Source: Haliotis rubra
Taxonomy: Eukaryota
DNA length: 64,000 nucleotides
Direction: 5' to 3'
NCBI RefSeq assembly: GCF_003918875.1
Contig: NW_025766002.1
Span: 6,820,001 to 6,884,000 of the forward strand
The notes under the pieces are model-generated. The model saw nothing but the letters and a program-made list of their open reading frames with translations, made no database searches and was not told where the DNA came from. The position numbers were made by a program, and so were the translations under genes. This document shows, piece by piece, positions 25,416 to 38,095 of the stretch; the stretch's first letter is position 1; each line of letters opens with the position of its first letter.

Positions 25416-28400
25416 AAAACACAGGTACAAAGACAATACAACATGCACACAAACATAGGTGTAACGTTTACTTCACTGTGCAGGATAATAGTCATATGAT
25501 TTACATCGAGATAGTTGATATCAATCACTTTCCTGTCCTCGTGTAACAACACTTTCCACGCGTGTGGGCGAAACAATGTTTAAACAAATCTGTATCAGCA
25601 TTTTTTCCATCACCGTCGACGACTGCGTGTATATCATCTGTTAAAACAACATAATGTATATCATTGCGTGTTTATCATCCCATAGAGGAAGAGGTCGTAT
25701 ATCAATACATTTATATCATCTGATAGCGAAGCAAGACTCTTAAACATTCCTTCATGCCATTATCAACAAGAACGTACAAGATTTACATCATGAAAGCAGC
25801 GTTATTTATATGGCCTGCGAACTTTTGTTGCCGTGGTTTAACCCGTGTCTAGTTTACTCCTGAACCACATTTTTCTTGACTCTTGTTTTCCCCTCGTAAC
25901 AATATGTTGCTGCTGTTTTTACTTAAAACGGAGGGGTATCAGCTGAGGCATTCTTCAGCAATGTGATACCATCGCCATTTTGATGACAACAGGAAGCGTG
26001 TTTAACTCCGACAAGCTTGAGACAAACCGCTCTACAGAACCCGATGCGACACGGCCAAAGGATAACAACCAGCATATTTTCTCTAACCCATTTCCGTCCC
26101 CAGTGCAGGTTCGACGACCCACTGGCCTCTGTAATCTGATGAAGACTGCTCTGAGACTTTCTGAAGGTCACAAGGTCATATGCTCCATCTACCTTTCTCT
26201 CTCCGATTGCACAACTCCAAAGATCGTCTTTGGAGTTTATCATATCAACCGAAGGGAATGATCCGCGATGAGAATTGACAAACTCATCTTGGCCCCGATC
26301 TTTCGCTTCCCAGTTGGCACCAACGGCGCATTGAGGTCACGGTGTGAAACCCACGCCTCGGAAGTTCCAAGGAATTACATAACTCTCCCGAAATACCCGA
26401 TAAGCTGCCTCTGAGTCTTTGGGAGAGTGGTCCTTAGAGACGAACCAAAATAACCATTACGTTTATGATATTGCGCAGACCGGTAAAGATTCGGCGTAGA
26501 TCAAAGACCTGCTTGGTACAGGGATAATGGCTGAGATTGAAATAAGAAGATGGACATAACAAGGCAAGATAGTATAGGAGTGGTTTAAGTATTACGACCT
26601 TAAGGCTGAAAAGTTACCTTACCGTGAAATTAGTATCGAGTACTGTACTGACATAAAAGTGGCCGACATGTCACAGATTACTTCTTGTCATTCATCACTT
26701 AAATCTGATGTACTGCCATTACTTCTGGACAACCTCAACGCGACACATGCATCAATATTTAATCTCTTTGGGACACTTTCGTATATACTAAATCCGAGAC
26801 CAAAGATGTAACTAAATAGCTTGAATCTATATCGTTACCATTTCTATATTGAAGACATTAATGTATTTCCTATTACACAGTGTCCATGATCAAAGAATTC
26901 AGAAACGATTGTTATGTATCCATAAACACGGTTCTAATAATTGCTTATTATCTTCTAATAGAGTTTAGCAAATATATGAAAGGGTTTCAAGTAAAGAAGG
27001 ATCTGCCATGTTTAAGGAGATTTTCGGGTGAAAAACGCCACAGCTTCTCCGTTCCTCATCGTTGTGTTCGGGTAATAATCTAAGTTGTTTCGTGAACTTG
27101 TGATCTTACTGAATCTTAATCAAAGTAAGGCAGCATAATCTCCTGGCTATTACCGCGAAGTAGAGAAGAAGTCTCCACTTTATCAAAGCATTTCCAAAGT
27201 AGCCAACTTTTATAATTAGTTAAATTTGGATGGGAATCTGTCACCTTAGATGAGAAGTTTCCAGCGCATACACCCACCCCCTTAAGACCCTCCGTAGCAT
27301 CAAGCATCGCTCGCGCTGTCGTGTGTCCGGTGGGGGGCTATGGCTTGGAGGAGAAATGGATTACACAGGGGTGTCACTCACATAAACTTGACGGGTTTCA
27401 GTCGCCACTAAGCAAGCTACTTCGTTCACGTTCTGGCCCAGTAATTCTTCTTCGGGTTTTGCAATTTGGAGAATAAATCAATGGAAGATGGTTTTGTTTT
27501 GATGGGAGCAGAAATAATTTTTTGAAGTCTACACGATTCCATTTAGATGACCGGGTGATGACACAAACATCTGGCGGAGCCGACACTGGCACGATTTTCT
27601 GCATTTATGCCGAACAGAATTGGGCTCAATACATCACCTTGCACAGTTCCTAACTTTTGCAAAAGGTGCTGGTTCTTCATTGTCGACATGCACAAAACCA
27701 ACATTTACACACAAACATAAAGGACAACTTAAAACTTCGTAAATACCATCTGCATGTCTGTAATATGAGTCCATGTTTTGCAAAAAGAATATTGTTTCAA
27801 TTTTCTTGAGATGTCTCCACACAAACAACACAATACTCACGCATTGTACAATGTGTAAATAAAGCGTGCGATAGATAAAAAAGGTTCATGCGGAGAATTT
27901 GATTCCTTACACAAGACAGGCACCCTTCAACCATTTTCGTCTCAAATTTAATGAGGTCAGACGATAACAAAAAAGAGTTCTTTAGCAGTTCATTGACGAA
28001 TTCAAGGTTCGGTACGCCGTTAATGATCGCCTCTGTTATAAAGGTATAGGTAAAATATACCCTTCCTCGTATATCCAACATGCACACAAAACATCTCAGT
28101 AAAGATAGGTTGTCTACCTCCCATAAATATTAACAAGTCTAGACTGAAAGCGAGACAATGGCCGGGACAGGTGTTTAACTTGTCCTAGTCAATCCCGAAC
28201 CCCAGAATAGGAAACAAGAAACGCTTTAAACACTACCTTGTTTGTAAGAATGGAGAACAAGCTCTAAAAACTCGCGCTTCCCCAACCAGGCATCCTTATT
28301 TCTGAAGACTGCAAGCTAGGGAAAAAATAAGGCTATGAATATAGAGAGAAAACACCTGTAATTTAGGAGCCTATCTGAAGATCTTTGGGGGACCTTTTTT

Positions 28401-29168
28401 GCCTTTGACGTTATTACATATAATTGTCGAAATTGGCCGATGTTTTCTGAATGATCAGTGTCACGAAAACTGGTTTAGTTCCCGACAAATTAATGTTTAT
28501 TAGTTATGAAGAAACCAGTGCAACGTAGACACAGCATGGGGCACAGTTTCTTGCCCCGTAAATGTGTCCTGATTGTGTCTATGCACACAAAATGTCGTGG
28601 GCGAGGCATTGCCCTCTTTATACGAAAATCATGGCACATCACTTTTAATCATGGCACAGTACACAACTCCCAGAAATAGCGAATGTTCGTGTTATCTTCC
28701 GATATATCCATAATGTGAACACACAATTTGAATGTTAGTTTGAAATGTTAAAAACCGCTATTTAATTGTATTGTCCTACTTAATACAAAATACAAGCGAG
28801 TGGTTGATGCATTACGCCGCATTTAGCACAACTGAGGAATAAAACAAATACTGGCCCTCTATGTTGAGAATCAAACCCGAATCTGCCTATGGAACGCTTG
28901 ACCCACTCAGCCATTTTGCCGAGAAAGCGGTGCGCGAGAGGAAATTTATCCAAACAGAATATGAATTCATTTTGCAATTTCACGATTTTTTAGCAGTTCT
29001 GCTGTTGCAACAACACGATAAAATAAATGGTGTCATCAGCCATCTCGTCGGGTTGAACACTGTCGAGTCTTAACAAGAAAGATACACCAGTTGTGCGGCC
29101 TATGCAACGATCGAGGCATCTGGATAAGGATAACAGACATCCGAGCCCGACCAACCGAGCTTCGTTAT

Positions 29169-29280
29169 TGAGTGAGTTTAGTTTTACGTCGCTTTTAGCA
29201 ATATTCCAGCAATATTACGGTGGGGGATACCCAAGTGGGCTTAACACATTGAAATCACGTGGGGAATCGAACCCGGGTCC
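29169..29280 (-). mobile_element. SINE family A, 5' truncated
   Basis: Tail and B-box region match consensus. Confidence 0.85.
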
Positions 29281-29974
29281 AGAAATCGTACGGTGATGCT
29301 ATGACAAGCAACCTAAGACAGGTTTTACAAATTACATGTATTTTAAAAAAAATTAATAAACCCCCAAAACTAACCGTATTAATACCAACCAAAGACACAG
29401 TTGCCATCTTCGAATGTTTAGTACATTGGTTCTTCATTCAAAATAAATATTATGATAAAATTGGGACATTGTACAGACAACTGAGAAAGAAGAGTTACGG
29501 GCAGAGAAGGTAACCCAGTGGCAGTCTGAAACACGCCCTCTGGGTACGATGGCACACAAGGGAAGACAGGTGTTAGCCATGGGGTCGTCCTTCCTCAGTG
29601 TCATTCATTCCAATGCGACGGGTCACCCGATACTGAACTAAGCTCCCCTTTGACACAAGACAAGGATACTCTAAACAATTCCGATTTGGGAATATCTAAA
29701 AGGGTATTCATGTGGAATTAGCGAGTTGATGGGCCATGTGGAGGGAGTCCCGAGGAAAGGGTCATCGATGTTGAAATGACAGTCCAATAAACAAGATGTG
29801 AATTGTTAGAGGTAACTGAAGAATTTAAATTGTCTGGAAAAAATAACACGAACCAGTAAAATAGGAGTACTTTCGAAATTATTTTTGAAAACCAAAACAA
29901 TCGATAATATTTTTTTTCGGATGCCCTAAAGATGAGATTTGGAACAACACTTTACCTTTTGTTAAATTCGAGGC

Positions 29975-30158
29975 ACTTCTCGGTACTATTCAGCTATACA
30001 CAGGCGGCCTGTGAACAATATCACCTCGACCAGACCAACCAGTGTTGATATTGTGAGCCACGACTCACAGTCATCGCAATCGTTGAGCCTGACCATTAAC
30101 GACCAGTAACCAGATCCTGGGAACCAGTTCTAACCCAGAACTCAATCCCCAAGGGTTC
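29975..30158 (-). mobile_element. Degenerate retroposon family B copy
   Basis: Patchy similarity to 10815-11078 (tattcagctata..ggcgg, gaccagac.a.ccagtg, gagcctgacca, ccagttctaaccc). Confidence 0.55.
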
Positions 30159-30168
30159 ATACCGTCTA

Positions 30169-30330
30169 TGAGTGAGGGGTGAGTTCAGTTTTACGCCGCT
30201 GTTAGCAATATTCCAGCAATATCACGGCGAGGAACAGCAGAAATAGGCTTCACACATTGTACCCATGTGGGGATTCGAACCCGGGTCTTAGGTGTGACGA
30301 GCTTCAACCACAAGGCTACCCCACCACCCC
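30169..30330 (-). mobile_element. SINE family A
   Basis: Consensus match with a small deletion in the head. Confidence 0.92.
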
Positions 30331-30539
30331 TGTAGTGAGAAATGTGAACATATTGTAAGTTAGCACAACCTAATTCAACAAAAACAACATTCTTTCCATT
30401 TGCTCAGTGGTTTAAAGGTTCTCAGAACGTTTGAAACACGATTGCTCGAGGAAGAAGTTCTTCAGCATCGATGCGGTCAACGAATAAGAACATTATCTAT
30501 TGAAATCGCTACTCTAATGTGAACCAGAATCTCAGCGGT

Positions 30540-31330
30540 TTAGTTCAAAGGTTCTCCCATATATTTTCTCCAGCCTCCAACCTGCCACGTTAGGTTTCTC
30601 GCTCCACCGACTGACAATGGCCATATCCCCAACTTTCCACTCCAATAATATATCCAGCTACGAATGTCAAATGCGAATTCATACCTATATAAGTCAAGTT
30701 TATTCTTTTCCAACAAAGCCATGATTATCACATCAAAAGTTCTGTTATCACATGGGAAAATCTATCAAGGCGTATATACTATTTCTCGAAGTGCAGTTGG
30801 CATAACGTCATTATCTATCGAATGGGAATCTAATGGCTGCCTGTTGTAAATTATCAAATTGTCTCCGCTTTGGACTTGTTGTACACTCGTCGCATTGTGA
30901 TACCGTGTGTAGATCTTATCACCATTATGTTAGCGCCTCCTACAATCAGTGTAAGGAAACTGATCGACTGGGGAGAATTCCTTGAAGATAACCGCACAAT
31001 GGCCGAATTGTTTACCGTGGTCCACGGAGTCAGCGAAATACCACTGTCTGTTTAGTCTGTCCGTCAGGATATGGCTACAGTGTGGTCTGCCGACTAATTT
31101 CAAGTCAAGTGTCAGAAGTTCTATGAGCAAGTCTATTCACACGCTACGATCCATGAATGCTCTACAGATCCAGATCCCAATATTACCCCATCCGTCTTTC
31201 GAGGACATAGACCAGTATTCTCTTGAATAGCCACTAGTACAAAACCTGTTTTTCCCATTCCTATGTACATCACAAGTATAAACGGTCCGAACATTAATGT
31301 CATTTTGTAGTTTATTTCCAAACAAATGTT
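30540..31330 (-). pseudogene. Possible decayed LINE (CR1/L2-type) endonuclease fragment
   Basis: Frameshifted peptides VYTCDVHRNG / GFVLVAIQEN..R..D...VEHSWI resemble the R.DR..GGGVL.AI...E.LW pattern of AP endonucleases; weak. Confidence 0.3.
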
Positions 31331-32317
31331 TGAAAATATGATTTTAATTTCGTCTTATTTGGTAAAACATAATAGATACGCAGGTGCACGATACTAACCA
31401 TGGTTAGCTTAGCTTGAAGAAAAACACGCCATATGCCGTTTAAATTTTCAAATTAATCAGCATTTCAACTGACCATTACTTTCAAGGTCACCAACGGTCC
31501 GAGCACGTGCAAGTCAAAGCTATTTTAAGAACGACGGCGTGAAACTATAATTAACCCTATGGCATCTAATTAACGTGGCATGTCGACCCCGCGATCGACT
31601 TAGCCCACTCTTGGTTTACAATAGCATCCATCTGAAAAGAATTTATAAGCGTCGCCATTACGGAAAATCAACGCCTTTTCCATGACGTTGCACGCAGGAT
31701 TCAATTACGTCAGGATCAAATTAAGATCATTTTCTAAATATAGTGTTAATTGTTACTTGAAACGATTGTCGACTGTCTGTTTGATGAATGACCCTTCACG
31801 GCCCCACCCGATTTAACAGAGATACGATATGGTATTAAAATTAGGCATCCGGTCGTTTTCATGAGGGCTGCTCTAAGCCTGAAATACTGGCATGGATGAA
31901 CAATACTTTTAAATCAGCAGCACTTACGGCGAACCGGAATCATTTTGAAAACGCGACGCTCTCGGCCATTGCAGAATATAATTTCAGGTTCACACTTGTA
32001 TAGGGTTATAATTTGTAGAGCAATTGGATATTCTTAACTATTAAATGTTGAATATTTCCAATTATATATCTCGTCCTCGTGTTTTAAGGGTTGATAATCA
32101 TATTTGCATCAACTGATTCCATTGAATAGGCAGCATTTACATAAATTTTTTATTGTTTTCATCGTGGAGACGTCTACAACGCGTCAAACAACCTTCTCAC
32201 CTCCTGGCTCAAATTTTCAAGGTTTCATTCATCCTGTCCTGTCGGTTCTTCTACTTTGATAAGAGCACAATACGCGCGATGTATCTTCAACTGCTACTGC
32301 ACCACCATCAACCACCA

Positions 32318-32481
32318 GGGGCGGTTGGGTAGCCTAGTGGTTAAGGCGTTCGTTCATCACGCCGAAGACCCGGGTTCGATTCCCCACATGGGTACAATGT
32401 GTGAAGCCCATTTCTGGTGTCCCCCCGCCGTGATATTGCTAGAATATTGCTAAAAGCGGCGTAAAACCAAACTCACTCACT
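32318..32481 (+). mobile_element. SINE family A, full length (near-consensus)
   Basis: A box tagcctagtgg, B box ggttcgattccc, (ACTC)n tail, 15-bp TSD caccatcaaccacca; other copies show a GTC anticodon-like loop (ttcgc-tcGTCac-gccgaa), suggesting tRNA-Asp origin. Confidence 0.95.
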
Positions 32482-33257
32482 CACCATCAACCACCATTAT
32501 TCTCGAAACTGATACAATACAACCCTTCCAAGTCCATAATATATGGCAAATCTAGATTCCTGCAGTTTTAAATGAAAAGGAAGAAAGTCGACAAACTCCT
32601 TTTCATGTTTGAACTGCATTTTCTGTTTAATACAAGATTTAGTTATGTTCTTGCGCAAACATTCCATGTAGATACAGTGACGATATTCTATAAACTGTAT
32701 AAACAGATACATAAGTCAGGATAACAATGCTTATATTGATACCAATAGTTTCTTATGGTTTAGGGTTAAGTAAAGATATTTCAGATTTGCTTGAAAGTGT
32801 ATATATGACAAAAAATTATTTCGATGCTTCGTGGTGCAAATATGTTCATTTGAAAGGCAAGATGTTACTGGACTTCTAGTCTTGCCAGTCTTGTGTTTCA
32901 GTCCTCCAGCATCAGACCAATGTTGTAAGGCCCTTTATTTGTATGAAATTTTGTAGAAATTAAAAAACGTCAGCCTATTTACCTATTGCAAACTTTAATC
33001 GATATGGATCTATACTCTGATATGATAGCTACCATATTGTAAACAGTCGTCGCAACTGCTTGCCCTACCCTGGCCATCTGCCACCATGACCCTTACCCTC
33101 AGTCCATCCTCACCACTACCCCCACAAATAAACCCTAAACAGTAATCACAATCACCACCACAAACACAGACTCCACACCACCATCACTCATGCCATCGGC
33201 CGTTTACAGACAGTTGCATGTTATCAGTACCAGAAGCAAGAAGTAAAATCCAAAAGG

Positions 33258-33513
33258 AGCGCGCATGGTGACCCCCTACTCAAGAGCCCCGGCTCGCGTC
33301 GCTCGCGCTGTCGTGTGGCGGGGCGGGCGTGCAGAGAAGGGACAGTCGCAGTAACCTGATACCTCGGCACTCGGCAGCTGTCAGCTCCCGGAGGGGGGAG
33401 CGGACGGGGGGATACACCATGCTCCCTCCACAATCACCCCATCTCTGGCATGTTAAGGAGGTCGCAGGGTGGGGGAGGGCGGAGGGTGTCGGGAGGGACG
33501 GGGAGAAAGTGGG
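33258..33513. promoter_or_regulatory. GC/CpG-rich island with GC box and G-quadruplex motif; candidate promoter or enhancer
   Basis: Dense CpG, ggggcggg at about 33320, eight G-runs at 33467-33513 in an AT-rich background. Confidence 0.4.
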
Positions 33514-34210
33514 ACAGGACACTGGTTCTGTTGAACGTTGAAAGGTAGGAATTTTGGGTTTTAGGGACATCGTATAGCTCCATGGTGTAGGTCTACTTCG
33601 TATGCGAAAACGTTCACGCAGATATGTACCTCTCGAAAAAATGCGGATAAAACAGAACAGAAATTCGTTATGCAGTAAACAGTATATTATATTCCTGAAG
33701 TAACCAAGTCACATCATACGAATGTAGAAAACTCGTGTTCCGTGTTTGAAAGTTAGACTATGTATTATTCATAAATTCGGAACACGTTGCGTGTACGAAT
33801 AAAGCCCCGTTGACGTATATCACCTGTCTCACTGTCATCAGTATATTTGTCTTCTGGACATCCGTCTGCCGCAACTGTCAGCCCATCTTTATATCAACAC
33901 GACTGTTACGTCCCTAACATGAACCTGTATCTGCCACGGGCTGACCACTCGACACTGACCAGTCACACTAGAGACATGGCGCTGAATGGTAAAAGGGTAG
34001 GACAGCGAAAGACGTTCTCTGTGGAGTTGGAACCTTGTCGCTGCAGAAACACATTACCATCATTGTAAGATTGATATATATCGAACCTGGATATTAGTTA
34101 AGACTGCAAACACATTACCCACTTGGCTAACCATCGCCGTCCAAGTGCTCTGATCAGCACACGCAGTAAACCAACGTAAGAAATGCAGATCGCTGTTCGG
34201 TACAGCTTCA

Positions 34211-34426
34211 GGTTCGGTGGGGTAGCCTAGTGGTTAAAGCGTTCGCCTGTTATCCCAAAAGTCGAGTTCGATTCCCTTCATGTCTACAAGTCTCATATCT
34301 GGTGTCCCCCGCAACAAAATCGAGGTCGATTCACCTCATGTCTACAAGTCTCATTTCTGGTGTCCCCCGCAGTATTTTGGTGGAATAGTGCTAAAAGCGG
34401 CGTACAATACTCACTCAGTCAGTCAG
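34211..34426 (+). mobile_element. SINE family A with internal ~60-bp tandem duplication
   Basis: Segment from B box to tctggtgtcccccgca is present twice. Confidence 0.88.
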
Positions 34427-36153
34427 TATATCTTGACGTACAATACTGAGTGAAAGATTCGTAGACTCCTCAATGTACATACATACGTACGTACAGAAAG
34501 GGAGTATGACACAAGAATGGTATTTTGTGGAACAAATCCTAAAACAGCATTTGAACAGCAACAAAACATGGTCAAACAATACATGGCATCTCCAAAACAC
34601 ATCTCTACCTTTAAACAATCTGTTCAATGCCCGATATGTCTACGAACAAATGTGACAATCATTAGCGTACCCAGTGTGAACAAGGTATCAAAGATGGCAA
34701 AAAAGATACAAAAACACCATATCAGGGTGATTAATTTTTATCTTGATCTAAAACAGTCCAAAAACTAATGAACGCATCGCTGCCACCCAAAACGTGGCTC
34801 AAGCATGGTGTCCAATTATATTGACACGATAGCGTAACCTTTGACCTTGTTCATTTCGAGTGTGATATATCGCAAGTGGCACGTTGTTGTTATCGTGTTC
34901 TGCGCGAAGCATGACGGGTATATATTAGGTGATGACACGTACAGGTTATCTTTGGTCAGTTTGAATGTCCTGTCGCTGTCCGTCATAAAATGGTCATGGG
35001 AGGTCATTTGTGGGAGGATCGAGAGATTGGAACTGATACCTCGCCTTGTTGTATCGCCCTGAACGGGTTCACTCCCCGACACCAAATTGTTCGTATTTAC
35101 ATAGCTGGCAATCTCTCCATATGCACCGAATATTTAGATTGAAAAAGTATTTGTCAAACGGTATTAGCCTTCCAAACGGAAGGGTAGAATTTTTCTCCCT
35201 GTCGCATTTCTGAAACTAGTTACAAGTATTATCTCGACCTATTTGTGCTAATAAACATGCATTTCCAATCAAAATACTTGGTATACTTACGACAAATGGG
35301 GAACTTTCGGGGGGAAAATAATTTCCACGACATTACTAATGGCCAGTGAATGCCGGTGCAAAATCAGCATCAGACTCAGTTATAACGTTATGGAAGATGT
35401 AGGCTTGTCTTTGCGACCAGTATCGGTGGATCATACAAGCGAAGATTCACATTAATATTGATTACCACACATCGTGACTTTTCAAATGTGGCATTAACTT
35501 GGTCAAATAAGTGAGTGATTTGGGTTCTACTGCTAAACTATTTTATTCTGTAAGATTACCCTATGAGTGGCAGCTTCAAAACCCGTTTGCAACGAATCTG
35601 GGATTCAAACCCGAGATCCTCGGCTTCTTGCACGCCAAGGGGACACAAGTCTAGGGACACAGCGCGTTGCGTCGCCTTACAAGAGAGGGCTCCTCGAGGC
35701 ACCCCTAAATGGGTTGGGATACGCTTATGTAAAGATCAAGGGGGGGGGGGAGATTATATATTGGTGCAATGTTTCTAGAAGTGACACACTTGTAACATGC
35801 TAAGATGACCGAATATTGCCAAGGCTGATAACGCAGTAGTAATGTCACAACAAGTTGTGTCTTTGGCATTTTGCCTCGTGGATTCTCATTCCTCTTGTTG
35901 ACATGGAGCTCCCATCGTTGGGTTGACAAACATTGGAATTGTATTCCACACTTACAGACGCCAAGGAATAGGTAATGACGTCTCTGTCTATATATATTTG
36001 ATATATAGTTGAGATGACATCATGCGACCTTACATTGTAACCCATTGTCTTATGTCTGCTTACTCCAGAAACAAGTTAAGCATACCAGTCTCCCAATGAA
36101 AGCGACATTACTAGACGTTACTAGACATTATCTATCATAAACACACAAGCTCT

Positions 36154-36314
36154 AAGGGCCGGTGGGGTAGCCGAGTGGTTAAAGAGTTCGCTCGTCATGC
36201 CAAAGAGCCGGGTTCGATTCTCGACATTGGTACAATAACTGAAGCCAATTTCTGGTGTCCCCCGCCGTGATATTGCTGGAACATTACTAAAAGCGGCGTA
36301 AAACTAAACTCACT
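36154..36314 (+). mobile_element. SINE family A, full length
   Basis: 10-bp TSD cacaagctct. Confidence 0.95.
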
Positions 36315-36462
36315 CACAAGCTCTTAAATGTTACGGACAATAAGGCATTACAATGTCATCAGACATCGCTGTTAAAGGCGGGGTCCATTGTACGAATGAG
36401 TGTGGGTCACACGTTTGTGTTAATGAAAGACTGTAAAATACTGAGACCAGGTAGTCGAGAAA

Positions 36463-36622
36463 CTGACTGAGTTTAGTTTTACGCCGCTTTTAGCAATATT
36501 CCAGCAATATCACGGCGGGGGACACCAGAAACGGGCTTCACACATTGTGCCCATGTGGGGAATCGAACCCGGGTCTTCGGCGTGACGAGCCAACGCTTTA
36601 ACCACTAGGCTACCCACCGCTC
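36463..36622 (-). mobile_element. SINE family A, full length
   Basis: 11-bp TSD tagtcgagaaa. Confidence 0.95.
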
Positions 36623-37397
36623 TAGTCGAGAAAAGGTGGGCGTATGCGACTCACCGCTGTTTCCGCTCCCAAACACATGCAAAGACATGACATCTTTTAA
36701 AAAAAATTTCGCTACAGACAATATTTTAAAATATGGAGGAGTTTGTAATGACATTCAGCAATAATTCAACAATATCACGGGCTATGGCCAACTAATTATA
36801 TATTTCTAACTGACTTCACAATTACTTCACTCGACAATCTGAATCGCCCGTGTAATAAGTAACCTCCCTGTCTACTTCAAGACCCAGGAACCATGGGTGA
36901 ATGAATGCTCGTTAGTTCCACGGAAACCTGTAGTGAGTATGGTTTTACGCCGCTTTTAGCAATATTCCAGCAATATCACGGCGGGGGACACCAGAAACGG
37001 GCTTCACACATTGTGCCCATGTGGGGAATCGAACCCGGGTCTTCGGCGTGACGAGCCAACGCTTTAACCACTAGGCTACCCACCGCTCTAGTCGAGAAAA
37101 GGTGGGCGTATGCGACTCACCGCTGTTTCCGCTCCCAAACACATGCAAAGACATGACATCTTTTAAAAAAAATTTCGCTACAGACAATATTTTAAAATAT
37201 GGAGGAGTTTGTAATGACATTCAGCAATAATTCAACAATATCACGGGCTATGGCCAACTAATTATATATTTCTAACTGACTTCACAATTACTTCACTCGA
37301 CAATCTGAATCGCCCGTGTAATAAGTAACCTCCCTGTCTACTTCAAGACCCAGGAACCATGGGTGAATGAATGCTCGTTAGTTCCACGGAAACCTGT
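36476..37397. repeat. 466-bp-period tandem duplication (SINE plus unique flank)
   Basis: 36476-36931 is repeated at 36942-37397 with no differences seen by eye. Confidence 0.95.
36932..37088 (-). mobile_element. SINE family A (duplicate of 36463-36622 with a different tail)
   Basis: Shares diagnostic variants with the previous copy; lacks its left TSD. Confidence 0.93.
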
Positions 37398-37446
37398 CTT
37401 GTGTTATGCAATCGTGCCTCGGTCAAGAAGACCAACACGTGTACCA

Positions 37447-37611
37447 GAGTGAGTGAGTATGGTTTAACGCCGCTTTTAGCAATATCCCAGCAAAATCACG
37501 ACGGGAGACACCAGAAATGGGCTTCACACATTGTACCCGTGTGAGGAATCGAACCCGGGTCTTCGGCTTTACAAGCGAACGCATTAACCACAAGACTACC
37601 CCATCCCCCCT
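37447..37611 (-). mobile_element. SINE family A, full length
   Basis: 8-bp TSD gtgtacca. Confidence 0.95.
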
Positions 37612-37760
37612 GTGTACCATGAACCATGACCAAGGAACCTTGCCGTTGAGGGTCATTCAGCATGGTCATACATGATGACAAACCGATCCTCATTTAAATC
37701 GCGTCTTTCTACAGCTAATGTTGCTGATGACCAAGTCTGCCACGAAATGTCAGCATGCGT

Positions 37761-37857
37761 GGGCCCCGTTCTAAAAAGCGATATTTAAGCTGAGATGAAC
37801 CATAAGTCCCATATGGCGACACAATCATTGCTCCACGACTGCTTTTTGGAACGGTCC
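37761..37857. mobile_element. Degenerate palindromic MITE (Harbinger-like)
   Basis: Imperfect TIRs ccgttctaaaaagc / gctttttggaacgg. Confidence 0.4.
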
Positions 37858-37964
37858 TGAAGATCTCGAAGACATAAGAATGAGTAGTTGTGAATCTTTA
37901 TGAAACCTTTTGGCTCTGCTTCACTGGGCGAGTGCCATTTGCAGTTATAACATATGTCATATTT

Positions 37965-38095
37965 GGGATTACACTTTCTCAGTAAAGTACAGATTCTAAA
38001 ACTTTTGTTGGGTTAAGTCCCATGCGGGATTCGAACCCACACCCTCAGAGTCGGTGTGGCACCTAATCGCCAGCCACCATACCCGCTCAGCCACC
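37965..38095 (-). mobile_element. tRNA-related repeat of a different family (long-variable-arm tRNA-like head)
   Basis: A box tggctgagcgg and B box ggttcgaatccc with a cacacc..ggtgtg stem between them; no intact cloverleaf. Confidence 0.55.

Noticed and set aside
32318-32481. tRNA genes at SINE heads
   Set aside because: No proper acceptor stem; they continue into SINE body and tail and are flanked by TSDs
32855-32886. miR-31/72-like start aggcaagatgtt with a short hairpin
   Set aside because: Only the first 12 nt match the mature miRNA I recall, and the hairpin is too short for a pre-miRNA
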